A model generated the notes under the pieces. It was not told the DNA's origin. It saw only the letters and a program-made list of their open reading frames with translations, and did no database searches. A stretch of DNA of 64,000 bases from Octopus vulgaris. Lineage: Eukaryota. This document shows positions 39,101 to 53,388 of the stretch, one piece after another. Made by a program: the position numbers and the translations under genes. The DNA lies in assembly GCA_951406725.2 (NCBI GenBank), contig OX597827.1, positions 71,114,001 to 71,178,000 of the forward strand, in the 5' to 3' direction. Position 1 is the first letter of the stretch. The number at the start of each line of letters is the position of its first letter.

Positions 39101-42100
39101 TGTTCTGATGCTGGTCAAGCAAATCTTTCCTGTCCTGGCTCAAAGTGACATCCAGGCCTTGTGCGAAGCTATCCTGAAGGTCATGACCCTTGCTACACCA
39201 GTAAGTATCCCCATGTGTGTTTACTTAGTTCTCTGCTGGTGAGGTGGGGCTCGTGGGGTCCGAATTAATCCCGCCTCCCCACTCCATCCGTAATGTCTTC
39301 CGGTCTGTCCCTTCATTCGATTTCTTGTTATTTTTCCTAATTTTTGTAAATTTTAACTTCATATTTATGTTGTAATCATTCGATTATCTGACCCCAAATC
39401 CGATTGTGTTGTCCCCTTGTGGGAAATTAAAAATCAGTGTGTTTACTTAGTTCTCTGCACCCTACACTTTTCTTGTTGTTACAATCTTTAATGAACTTTG
39501 ACCTGTGGTGTTCTGAATTGAAGCTATGTGGCCTAGTGGTTAGGGTGTTGCACTCACAATCGCAAGATCATGGGTTCAGTTCCTAGATCAGGCAATGCAT
39601 TGTGTTCTTGAGCAAAACACTTCATTTGATGTTACTCCAGTGCACTTAACTGCAAATGAGTAAACTCAGGAATGGACTGGCATCCTATCCAGGGGGAGCG
39701 TTGTGATCTTGGTCATTTATATGCCATGGAAACTAGTTAATGGGCCGTGTGTGTCCCAGTACTCAAAACAGTAATGACCAGAAGTGGATGAGGATGTTCT
39801 GAAGTTATCAATGATGTCTCAAGGCAATGTAATCTAATTTTGTACCTCCAATCTGTGGTCTGTATGTCACATGGACTGTAACTAATGGTTGGCGATAAAG
39901 TCAGCAAACTTCTTTGGAAATTGTTTTATGTTTGATTTTATGAAACTGTCTGTGATTCAAGATGTTCGGCTGCTGTTTGACTCGAACCAGTTACACTACT
40001 GTAGCTGCAGGAGTGGCTGTGTGGTAAGTATCTTGCTAACCAACCACATGGTTCCGGGTTCAGTCCCACTGCGTGGCATCTTGGGCAAGTGTCTTCTGCT
40101 ATAACCTCAGGCCAACCAAAGCCTTGTGAGTGGATTTGGTAGACGGAAACTGAAAGAAGCCTGTCGTATATATGTGTGTATGTATATATATATATATATA
40201 TGTATGTATGTGTGCGTGTCCCTAGCATTGCTTGACAACTGATGGTGGTGTGTTTACGTCCCCGTCACTTAGCGGCTCGGCAAAAGAGACCGATAGAATA
40301 AGTACTGGGCTTACAAAGAATAAGTCCCGGGGTTGATTTGCTCAACTAAAAGGTGGTGCTCCAGCATGGCCACAGTCAAAATGACTGAAACAAGTAAAAG
40401 AGTAAGAGTACTGTGTGTGGCTCAGTGTTACACTGTTGTCTGTGACTCGAGGCAGTCACACTGATGTTTGTGACTCAGTCTTACACTATTGTCTGTGACT
40501 CTAGTGGGGTGGGGTGATCATGGCACAATCTCAGGCCTGCCATCTGTGACTCTTATAGTACCAGTGTGTATGTTTAATCTTCAAATTCCCAATATTGTTA
40601 ACAATGTCTTATTTCCATCTCTCATTTCCTCAATGTCTCTCTCTTTTTCTTCTGTTTACAGTTGGTCGTGGCTTGCTCCATGCAGTGTCTTTATGGATTG
40701 GTCAGTGTCGATCCAAGTTTGGGCAATCTCGGAAGCCACCTCAATGCTCAGCTAATCACAGTAAGTAAACCGATTTCACGATAATGATGTAATGTATAAT
40801 AAGGCCAGTATTTATAAGAGAGGGACCATTAGGGGCAACGTAGTTTACAGAATTCTTCCCCTGGACAACCTTGGTACTTATTTTCGGCACGTGAAAAGCA
40901 CCCACTACACTCACGGAGTGGTTGGCGTTAGAAAGGGCATCCAGCTGTAGAAACTTTGCCAGATAAGACTGGAGCCTGGTGAAGCCTTCTGGCTTCCCAG
41001 ATCCCCGGTCGAACCGTCCAACCCATGCTAGCATGGAGAACGGACGTTAAACGATGATGATGTCAGGTACAAAAACAAAAGTCAACCCTTAATAGGATTT
41101 GAACTCTTTAACAATGACTGACAAAACCAAATACAGTATTTAGCCTCACTTACACACAGACTCTCTCTCTCTCTCACTCTCTCTCTCTCTCTCCCTCCTT
41201 TACCATCATTGTGTTTCCCATTTCTCCCTCCAATGTTGTCATTCCAATCACCATCCAGTTGAGTTTCTTTATCCACTCTAACTCATCTAATGCAGTGATT
41301 TTCGACCCCCATTTTTTATTTGTGGACCCTTTTGATTCCCATTCTACTCTGGTGGACCCTCATAACCATTCCATATTTAAAAAAAAATCCTATAGTATTT
41401 TTATAATCAAATGTTATTAGGAATTGTATTAAGAAATTAAAATGTTTTGCCTGTTATAGAAACATAACCAATTTTACTGCACATAAACCTTAACAACAAG
41501 ATCTTATATGGACCCCACAAGGGTCGTATTGACCCCAGTTGAGAACCATAGGTCTAATGCTTTATTTTCCATACTGTTAGTGCAATCACTCCCCCCCCCC
41601 CTCCATACTCAGACCCTTTCCTCTAGGGCATCTTCTGCAATCACTTTTCTATCCATTTTATTAATCATGCCCCAGCATGGCCGCAGCCTTCGGGCTAAAA
41701 CATATTTAAGGATGCTCCCCAAAACAAATGATGACTACAACAGCAGTGAGATCCCATTTGCCTGACAGGACACAGCACAGCCCCACTAATACTCACAGTT
41801 ATTCACTTGACCCCCTTCACTCCCTGTGTAGCTTAGGTCATTGACACCTTTTTTTTTTTTTACTTCTGTTCTTTACTCTGGGCTGGCCTTCCTCTCCCAG
41901 GTTTTGTGGTTTTTAAATTGTCATCAATGCTTTTGTAACTTTGTTTTTATTTGGGGGGGGGGGGGTTCTAGGTAGGGGTGCTGGCCCTGTGCAAACCCAT
42001 TTTTACATCTGGGAAGAGACTATTGCAATTTGTTTAACAGATACCCAGCTTAATTTTTCAGCAGTATAAAGCTTATTTATCTGCGTTGTTTTGAATTTAT

Positions 42101-45100
42101 CAGGCATTATTTCATAGCTATTTCAATGATGTGATTGCTTATTTTTTAGGATGATATTGTTGGGTGGGTGTAAGAGGACAGATCTGGCTGATTTGAAGAT
42201 CAACCAGGTAGAATATTTTGACCAGATATGGCTGGGTTAACCCTTTCGTTACTGTATTTATTTTGAGATGTTCTGTGTTTCTCTTAATTATTTTAGATAT
42301 AACAAAGAATTTAGGAAAAAAAATAAAGTTCTCATTCAGCTAGTGTTAGGAACATAAATTGTGACTAAAGTTTGGTGGAAGATTTCAATTCAAAACTTAT
42401 GAAAGCAAGACTTGTACTACAGAGCCAGAGGCGGTTTCAGCTGGGTTGGTAATGAAAGGGTTAAACTTTTGCCAAAGACAACCACTAGAATGATCCAGTT
42501 GTTAACCATAATGAGCTCTGCTACTGGTACATAGGTGGAAGAGAGAGCAGGCTGTGATGTTGAACCAGATGGTTTCTATTAACCCTTAACCATTCAGATC
42601 ACCCTGTCAAACATTACGCTTATATATTCACATTGTTTTGAAATTTCAATGATGTGGTTGTTTATTTTTTAAATGACATTGTAGCTTGGGTGTAAGAGGC
42701 CAAATCTAGTTAGTTTGGACATAAAGAGTTAAACTTAACCCTTTTGATACCAACCCGTCTGAAACTGCCTCTGGCTCTGTAATACAAATGTCTTGTTTTC
42801 AAAAAATCTGAATTAAAATCTTCCACCAAATCTTAGTTACAATTTATGTTCCTAACCCTAGCTTAATGGTGACTACCTTATTTCAATAATTCTTTGTTAT
42901 ATTTAAAATTAATTGAAAGAAACTCAGAGGATCTCAACAGAAATATGGTAATGAAAGGGTTAATGAATTTTTGTCATTTTTCTTCTGTAGGCTCTGTATG
43001 ATTACCAGCCATTAATGACAGATGTTCAGCCGTCCTGTGCCTGGATGACTGTTATGGAGAAGTCTATTATTAATCTGTGCAAGTAAGTGAATTGTCAAGT
43101 TAGTGTTTATTTAATGGTATCTGCTCAGGCATGGCCCTATGGTTAAGATGCTTGCTTCACAAGTTTGTGGTTTTGGTTTCAATCCCACTATGTGGCACCA
43201 TTTACCATAGCCTTGGATTGACCATTGAAACTTGATAGAAACTATATCACATGCGTGTGAGGTTTGTCATCATCATCATCGTTTAACGTCCGCTTTCCAT
43301 GCTAGCATGGGTTGGACAATTTGACTGAGGTCTGGCGAACCAGATGGCTGCACCAGGCTCCAATCTTGATCTGGCAGAGTTTCTACAGCTGGATGTCCTT
43401 CCTAATGCCAACCACTCCGAGAGTGTAGTAGGTGCTTTTACGTGTTACTGGCATGAGGGCCAGTCAGGCAGTACTGGCAACGGCCACGCTCAAATGGTGC
43501 TTTTTATGTGTCACCTACACAGGAGCAATTCCAGCGGCACTGGCAACGACCTCGCTCGAATGTTTTTTCACATGCCACCAGCACAAGTGCCAGTAGGGCG
43601 ACGCAGGTAATGATCACGCTATATATATATATATATATATATTATATTTGTGTGTGTGTATGTCTGTGGTATATATGTATATATTTATTTGGGCCTCACG
43701 GAGGCAATGACCAAGACCTTTGGCATTATGTCGTGCTTCAGAAGAAGACCCATGAAGCCGAATAAAAATTGCATGATGGCAGACACAAGTGGCACATAAA
43801 AGCACCCATTACACTCTCGAAGTGGTTGGCATTAGGAAAGGCATCCAGCTGTAGAAACTATGTCAAACTGGAGTCTAGTGCAGCCTTGGTCAAACTGTCC
43901 AACCCATGCCAGCATGGACAACGGACGCTAAATGACGATGATGGTGTGTGTATATCTATGTGTATTTGTCTCTGTTTATTCATTGACCCTGTGTGAGTAG
44001 TGCTGTTAACATCTATGATTGTTTTATGCCGGACTTTAAAATCCAGCAGCTCAGTGGTTTGAAATGCAAAGATCAGCAGAATAAAATATCAGCTGTAGAA
44101 AATCTGCCTCAACAAATTCCATCTCACCCTTGCAAAGCATGGAAAAGTAGACGTTAAATGATGATGACGATGATGATAATTGTTCTTGTTATAACTGATT
44201 TTTTTTTCAAAAATATTTACAGGCAAGACATTGAGTTGGGCCAAAACCATCTTCCAAAACTGGTCACCACATCCATGAAGTACCTCCTGGTGGAAAACCC
44301 TGATGTGCAACAGACTGCAGCTGGTGCATTACAGGTAACTGCACTTTAGATGATTTATTCTCTCTCCCAACTTTCTACACTTGCACAGTACCACCTATTG
44401 TGACATTTAGTGTCAAGGATACAAAGAGACAATTATAAAGCGACACTGTGACTGTAGGGTGAGATGATTGGACACTGGTGATTTTAGCATAGCTGTCTGG
44501 ACATTGAGCCTATTTTGGTGACTGTGGTTTTGGTGCTGGAGACAAATGTACACGCTTGTACATGATGCTTGCATATGTAGAAATAGACACGGGCTTGAGA
44601 AGACCTGTCAAGCCAAGTGAGATCATAGTTTTGGGGGGTGCTGGTGTTTCGTAACTGGCACCCGTGCTGGTGGCATGTAGAAAGCACCCACTACATGCTT
44701 GGAGTGGTTGGCATTAGGAAGGTCATCCAGCTGTAGAAACCATGCCAGATTTGATCAGAACCTGGTGCGGTTCCCCAGCTTACCAGTTTTAAGTCAAACT
44801 GTCCCAACCCATGCCAGCATGGAAAATGGACGTTAAATGATGGTGATGATGAGAGAGAAACATTACAGTCTAAGGCGGCAAGCTGGCAGAAACATTACAG
44901 TCTAAGGCGGCAAGCTGGCAGAAACGTTAGCACGCCGGGCGAAATGCTTAGCGGTATTTCGTCTGCCATTACGTTCTGAGTTCAAATTTCCTATTTTCCC
45001 TTTACTTTTCCTTCTCTGAGCTGTGTCCCAACAACTACCGTACCCTATGAGGTACTTCCTCATTTACCATGTATCATGTGGTCAACCAACACAGCTCATG

Positions 45101-48100
45101 TTGGCTTCATTATACTCTGATGTAAACCCTTTTTCTTTTCTTCTTTTTTTTTCTGAAATCTGTAGAACGTCTTCAAAGAATGTGTCTCAAGACTTGTTGA
45201 GGCAAAGCCATCATCTTCCACGACAGACAAAGAGAACGTTAACCCATCTTTGCAACAGGTTGTCAAAACAGCATCCACTGGATTGAACTATCAATACCAC
45301 ACTGCCTGGAAACATATTATTTCTGTGTTGACTGTCATGTTAGAGGTAAGAATTCCTTGGAGTTGATTTATTTGGCTAAAATTCTCTTAAGGCAGTACCC
45401 CAATATGGTGCAGTCTAATGACAAGAAGGATCTTTTCCCTTTGAACGGCAGATCGAGAAATTAATTTTTTGTAACTAAGCACTTTCAAACTTCGGACACT
45501 GGTAGAATGTGTCATATAAAACATCTTTTACTTTTAGTGTTGTTGAGAAAAATTTCTATTTTCAAAGTTATTTCATGTTAAAGTTGTCATAATTCGGTAA
45601 TTTCAACCAATCAATGACGTGTATTCAGCTGAATAAAATTACTGCCATTGTTTGTCAACAACAACAACTTACGGCGGTGTATATATTGTTTGTCACTGTT
45701 ATTTATGACATCATTTGTGTGTTTGTACTGGTTTTAGTTTTGGGGTTGGGGTTAGGATTTTAGAGTTAGTTACGGAAAAAAGTGAAAATGAAGAAATTGG
45801 AGGTGGGGGTCAAAAAAGTCTTACCGAAAATATTAGCTGAAAAACAGGAAAAAAAACTAAAAGCAGTAGAAATGCACGAATGATTGTGGTGGTGCTATGA
45901 AGTAAACATGCTTCAGATACAGTCGTTTATTCATACAAATGTAACTGAGATGAAATCTCTCTCTATATAAACGGCAGTTTGTCTGTGCGTGTTTCTGTGT
46001 GTCTGTTTGCTTGTACCCTCACCCTGACCACGGCTTTCAACCGATTCTGATGAAACTTGACACACACATAGCCCAATGTCATAATTCAAAACTAACGCAG
46101 CGAAAATTTTGAAAAGTTCCCCCAGTTCTGAAAAAAATCGATAAATTCAACATGGGGTCGAGAATCAGAAACACAAACCGCAAACTGTCTAGGGGACGCA
46201 ACACCGCCTTTTTTTAACTCTCAAAAAAAATTTACCATCATTTTTTTCCATTCTTTGGCTATAACTCTCTAAAAATGCTTTATAGTTATTTCCCTTACAA
46301 ACCTGAGCAACGCCAGGCGATACTGCTAGTATGTCATAAATAACAGTGACAAACAACGGCAGTATTTTGTTCAGCTGAATACACGTCATTGATTGGTTGA
46401 AATTACCAAAATATGACAAATTCTACCAGTGTCCAAAGTTTGAAAGTGTTTAGTTACAAAAAATTAATTTCTCAATCTGCCATTCAAAGGTTAGAGATCC
46501 AACTAGAAAAATAAGATATGTTAGTGCACATTTAATAATAGTAATATAAGGCATCTGCCAGTCTTACAAGAACATGTCCTCTCCTGTACACAACATTGTG
46601 CATATTCAATAGAGAACTGACTCATTCAATCTTCCTCTTATATTCAGTTTCTTCAGTGATTTACTCTGGAAATGAGGTCTTCAAGCTCCGCTGTTGTTGT
46701 TTTATATCTAAAGCAGAGTTGATGGAGCAGTACCCTTCACCTTCTCAAACCCTGTCTCCCTATGGCACCTTCCTGCTTCAATATAATATATGATTCAGTA
46801 TTTTTTCTTTGTGTTGTCTATATATAATATAAAAACGTTATTTTCCTTTCTCTGTCAGGTTGCTGGAGGTCATTATCCAGATTTAATGAAGCCAGTAAGT
46901 TCATATTTTATATTATATCGTAAAAGGGTTTCCATGCTTCATTTGTAGTGATGTGGTGGTGGTCTGTCAGTGTCGCCATATATACTATTACAGTACTACA
47001 CCATACCCCACACTACAATACTAAAGCATACACCATGCTACAATTCAGTACTATATCTTATACTTTACTACTATACAGTACAGGAGTGGCTTTGTGGTAA
47101 GAAGCTTGCTTCCCAACCACATAGTACTGGGTTCAGTCCCACTGTGTGGAACCTTGGGCAAGTGTCTTCTACTATGGCCTCGGGCCAACCAAAGCCTTGT
47201 GAGTGGATGGAAACTGAAAGAAGCCTATCCTACATTTGTGCATGTATCATTGTGTTTCTCTCTCCCCCCCTCACCACCACCACATGATAACTGGTGTTGG
47301 TGCATTTACATCCCTGTAACTTAGTGGTTTGGCAAAAGTGACCAAGGTGGCACCCCAGCATGGCCGCAATTTAATGCCTGAAACAAGAAATAAAAGATAC
47401 TATATCATATACCGCACTACAATGTACCATTCAGTACTATAATATATGCACTACCATTCAGTGGTATTAAAGGCAGCGAGCTGGCAGAAACGTTAGCACG
47501 CTGGGCGAAATGTGTAGCCGTATTTCGTCTACGGCTACGTTCTGAGTTCAAATTCCTCCGAGGTCGACTTTGCCTTTCATCCTTTCGGGGTCGATAAATT
47601 AAGTACCAGTTATGCAGTGGGGTCGATATAATCGACTTAATCCGTTTGTCCTTGTTTAGCCCCTTGTGGGTAATAAAGAAATAACTATCATTCAGTGGTA
47701 TACTACACTGTCCTATACCGTACACTACAGCTCTCCTCTCTGCCTCTCTACCATGTATATCTAACTTTCTTATGTTGCCAGGCTCTTAGTTCTTTGTCCA
47801 ACATGCGGGACTCCCCTGACTTCAAGTTCAATTCTGAAATAGACCAGGCTATTGGCAGCGCTATCAAATACATGGGTCCAAAGAACGTATTGGAGATCAT
47901 ACCACTACAAGTGACAGGTGATGGGTAAGTACTTCATGCTTTGCCTTCTGTAAATGGTATCTTCTGAAAAACCAAATTTATTTTTCTCTCTCTCTCTCCC
48001 CTGTGACCGTGTTTTTGTCTCTTGGCCTTTTTCAATATTGTCATATTTCTTTCTCTACCACAGTCCGCCATTATACCCACCTCTCTCCAGCCTCTCCTTT

Positions 48101-51100
48101 ATATCTTCATTCTGACTGACACTCTCTCTCTCTCTCTCTCTAGTTCTGTCTCCCCACTCCACCTCACTCTCAAATTCTACCTCCACTCTTTCTCACACTC
48201 TATCCACTAGCGTTGCTAGAATATGTGCCTTCCAGGGGCAGCCCTTCCATTTGCTGCTGAAGACCCAAAAGTGTGCCCACCCCTACCCAGCTATGCTAGT
48301 GACTCTACCTCCCTCTCTCTCTCTCTCTCTCTCTCACTCTACCTTCACTCTCTCTTTCTCACACCCTGTCTCTGCCCTTTCTCACATTCTGTCTCTGCCC
48401 TTTCTCACACTCCGTCTCCGCCCTTTCTCACACTCCGTCTCCGCCCTTTCTCACACTCCGTCTCCGCCCTTTCTCACACTCCGTCTCCGCCCTTTCTCAC
48501 ACTCCGTCTCCGCCCCTTCTCACACTCCATCTCCGCCCTTTCTCACACTATTGCTACTACCACTTCACTCATGCTTTGTTGTTTATTTCTTTGCAGTCGT
48601 GATCTCGATTTCCCACGCAGTTGGCTGGTCCCAGTTTTGAAGAAATACATTTCAAACACAGAACTGGAATTCTTCCGGACATACTTCATGCCGCTCTCAA
48701 AGAAACTGCAGGATAAAAGTTAGTCTCATGGTTGTTGTTATAAGTCAACTGTTTAACTGTTTAGCATTCAGATTAATTTATCAAATGTAATGTTTATTCA
48801 GCCACCTTTTTTTAAAAACTAATCATGGAGTATCTTGTTACTTCAATATTTTGAAGAAATGACTATTTCTAGAATAACATTGAAAGGTAGGTGTGAAAGA
48901 TTGGATCTGGCCAACATGAAACAGATAAAATATTTGGGCCAGATGTGGCCAGTTCAAATGCTGAAGGGTTACATTACTAAATGAGAGACTAAAGAGTGAT
49001 GGATGATAAAGAACTGGGATTGGTTATGAGTTTAGTCTTTAATCTGAGATTATTAACCATAACTTCTACAGTATTAACTGTTTTCTAAAGCTTGGTGTGT
49101 TTTGGTTTTAATGGTAGCATACTCCTTCCTTAACCTTTATGAGACCATCTCTCCTGAAGCCAGGTCTTCTAAGACCCTCCCTGCTTCTGTGATGCATGCT
49201 TCCTGTTTGAAAATCAAAATTTTCTGTTGGTATATATACTCTCTCTTGACTCTTTTACTTGTTTCAGTCATTTGGCTGGAGCACCGCCTTTAGTCGAGCA
49301 AATCGACCCCGGGGCTTATTCTTTGTAAGTCCAGTACTTATTCTATCGGTCTATTTTGCCGAACCACTAAGTGACGGGGATGTAAACGCACCAGCATCGG
49401 TTGTCAAGCAATGCTAGGAGGACAAACATATACACACACATACATATATATATATACGACAGGCTTCTTTCAGTTTCCGTCTACCAAATCCACTCACAAG
49501 GCATTGGTCGGTCCGGGGCTATAGTAGAAGACACTTGCCCAAGGTGCCACGCAGTGGGACTGAACCCGGAACCATGTGGTTGGTAAGCAAGCTACTTACC
49601 ACACAGCCCAGCTTAATGACAATTATTTTACTAAATACTTATTTTCATAATTAGCTGAAACAAAACAATTGTTTTTCATCCTCATCATTTAACATCTTCT
49701 CTGTCATGCTTGTTTAGATCAAACATAGTTTGCTGAGGCAGATTTTTCTATGACCTGATACCCTTCCTGTTACCAAACCATGCTTTTTTTTTTTTTTTCC
49801 TCTTGCTATGGAAGACTGGAAATGAAGAACATAATATGTATGAGGGGGTGCTGAAAAGTTCCTTGCTTTAAGGGTATCACGAAAGTCCTAGTTGGAAGCC
49901 CAATCGTTCAAGTTCTTTTACAGGGCTTCAAAAAGCTAAAGGGCCGCTGTGAGAGGGGAATGTGTTGAATAAGATCATAATGAACTGATCCTCCTGTATT
50001 TTCTTTTACCCAAAGACAGCAACTTTTCAACACACCCTTCTATGATGTTGATGTTGATTTATAATCATCACAAGTGTGTATATACACAAACATGATGGGC
50101 TTCTTTCAGTTTCCATCTACCAAATCCACTCACAAGGCTTTCGTCATCTGGGGCCATAGTTGAAGACGCTTGGCTCAAAAGTAATCTTCCCAGCCATGTA
50201 ACCATTCCTGTACCTAGAACTATGGTTGCAAAAGGTTACTAACTGCTCAATCCCGTCATAACTTTCTGAGACTTATAAAAGTTACTGCTTACTGTTTTTT
50301 AACTTTATAGTGACAACATTGTCAAGCTTTTTTGGTAGGAGAATACAATTAGTTATTGGTTTGTTCCAGGTATCCAATATGAGGCTGAAGGAAATACAGT
50401 TGCTGCTAAGACATATGGCACTCTTGTGGTACAGTTCTGGAGTCTACTGCCCAGTTTCTGCAACAACCCTACAGACTTAAAAACGGTAAGAATCTTTTCC
50501 TATCTTTATATATATGTGTGTGTGTGTGTGTATATATATCATCATCATCGTTTAACATCCGTTTTCCGTGCTAGCACGGGTTGGACGGTTCGACCAGGGT
50601 CTGGGAAGCCAGGAGGCTGCACCAGGTTCCAGTCTGAAATAGCAGTGTCTCTACAGCTGGATGCCCTTCCTAACGCCAACCACTCCATGAGTGTAGTGGG
50701 TGCTTTTTACGTGCCACCGGCACAGATGCCAGGGTAGTCTGGCAGTGGCCACGATCGGTTGGTGCTCTTTACGTGCCACCAGCACAGAAGTCAGTCAAGG
50801 TGGCGCTGTCGTCGGCCACATTCGGATGGTGCTTTTTACATGCCACCGGCACAGGTATCACAACTACTATTTCCATTTGATATTTATAATTTTTTGTGTA
50901 ATAAGATTAAAAAAAAACCAAGGCTGTATAGATATTAGAGCATTTATAGATAGAAGGTCTTACAGCTGTTTCTAGGATATTTGTTAATAATATCCCTTCA
51001 TCGGAGACGGTGTGAGAGGAAAATTAAGGCAGTAAATTTTGAAATTCTATCCCTTTTCCTCAACATATTTTGGACTGCATTATTCAACAACTCCCTCTCT

Positions 51101-51553
51101 TTTCAAAATGGTTGAGTGTAATTTGAAGGAAACTTGGCTGTTATTTCTAGTAAATTGAGTCGTATTTCCAACAGAGCTTACAACTCCCTAAACCAGTGGT
51201 TCCTAATCAGGGTCCCTATGACCCTTGGTGGGCAGAGGGGGGGGGGTCTATATAAGATTCTGTTGTTAAAATTTATGTGCAATAAATTGGTTCTGCTTCT
51301 GCAACACTCCAAACATTTTAACAATTTTTAAATACAATGTCTCTCTCTCTTTACTCTTTACTTGTTTCAGTCATTTGACTGTGGCCATGCTGGAGCACCG
51401 CCTTTAGTTGAGCAAATCGACCCCGGGACTTATCCTTTGTAAGCCCAGTACTTATTCTATTGGTCTCTTTTGCCGAACCGCTAAGTTACAGGGACGTAAA
51501 CACACCAGCATTGGTTGTCAAGCAATGCTAGGGTGACGAACACAGACACACAA

Positions 51554-51609
<56 letters not shown>

Positions 51610-53332
51610 GACATGCTTCTTTCAGTTTCCGTCTACCTAATCCACTCACAAGGCATTGGTTGGCCCAAAGCTATAGCAGAAGACACTTGCCCAAGATGCC
51701 ATGCAGTGGGACTGAACCTGGAACCATGTGGCTGGTTAGCAAGCTACTTACCACACAGCCACTCCTGCGTCTAACTATTTAATTATAAAATTATAAAAGG
51801 GTTTTTTAAACATCAAATGGTTATGGGGTCCAGTAGAGTGAAAATAGGAACCAATGAGGTCCCTAGGTGAAAAAGGATCAAGAAACACTGCTCTGAACTT
51901 TTTCCAAGCACCTGGAAAACACCATTCAAGCGTGGTCATTGCCAGTGCTGACGGACTGGCTCCCGTGCAGGTAGCATGTAAAAAAACTCCTTTTGTGCGA
52001 AGGTCATTGCCAGAACCACCTGACTGGCCCTCATGTCAGTGACATGTAAAAGCACCCACTACACTCTCGGAATGGTTGGCATTAGGAAGGGCATCCAGCT
52101 GTAGAAACTCTGCCAGATCAGATTGGAGCCTGGTGCAGCCTTCTGGCTCACCAGTCAAACCGTCCAACCCATTCCAGCATGGAAAGCGGACATTAAATGA
52201 CGACGATGAGGATGGTGATGATTATAAGTTTTCACCCCATCATCACCCCCTCTCTTCTTTTTGTCTTCAGTTATTTTGGTTGTCGGTAAATAGAATGTTC
52301 TGTAAAGCCTGTTACGTGTCCCTCCATTTATGGCCATCAATTTTTTTTCTGTTGTTTCAGTCCTTTAGAAATATTGCCCGTTCTCTTGGCAGTGTTGTAA
52401 ACGATAGGCCTCAACTGCGGACACCTGTACTCTCTTCCTTGCGTAAGCTGATCTACACCAACCTTGAGAACGGTAAGTAGATGTTGTTTTTTATATTTTA
52501 TATTGCTTCAGCCAGTGGCTGGGGTGCCACCTTGGTGGGGTTTCATCGAAAAAAATCAACCCCACTACTTAAGTCAGGTGCTTATTCTCTCAGACTATCG
52601 CCGAACTGCTAAATTACAGGGACATAAACAAACCAACACCAGTTGTCAAATGGGTAGTTGGGGACAAATAGAATCACCCACAGTTTCCATCTACCAAATT
52701 CGCTCACAAAACATTGGCTTTAGCTGAAGATCCCTAAGGTGCCACACAGTGGAACTGAACCTGAGACCATGCGGTTGCAAAGCAAGGTTCTTTACCACAC
52801 TTCCATCCCTACAATTAGTTCTTTCTTTCTCTCTCTCTCTCTCTCAATTTACATAATTTGTATTCAATGCATTCTTGTTTCCAGAGGAAAACCGTAATGA
52901 ACTGGCTCACTTTGCCAAGAACTTCCTCCCCATCTTGTTTAATCTCTACACCCAGTTCTCTGCTGACGACAGCAAAGACCCATTGCGTTTGACCATCTTT
53001 GAGACAGCCAGAGCCTACATTCGGATTACCCCAACTCAGGTAGGTTTGATCTTTTAATGGGGCTTGTTATGAAGCCGATTTCATTTTGTCATCATTTAAC
53101 ATCCACTTTCACATGCCCCCCACATGGGTCGGAGGGTCAGACACAATTTGTTGAAACGGATTTGCAAAATCTTGATGCTCTTCCAGTCACCAATCTACAC
53201 CTGTTCCCAAGCAAAATAACCTTTCCCCCATGTTTTCACAGAAGACTAGAAACAAGCAACATCACTTGTATGATGGGGATGTTCATTTAAAACCTTCACA
53301 TAATGTCAACAAAGGGTACACACACACACATG

Positions 53333-53388
<56 letters not shown>

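Noticed and set aside
39770-39830. Intronic C/D box snoRNA candidate
   Set aside because: No clear C and D boxes with a terminal stem or rRNA complementarity
48223-48596. 166-aa ORF as an extended exon 15
   Set aside because: Upstream part is CT repeat and minisatellite; the acceptor at 48596 fits the phase
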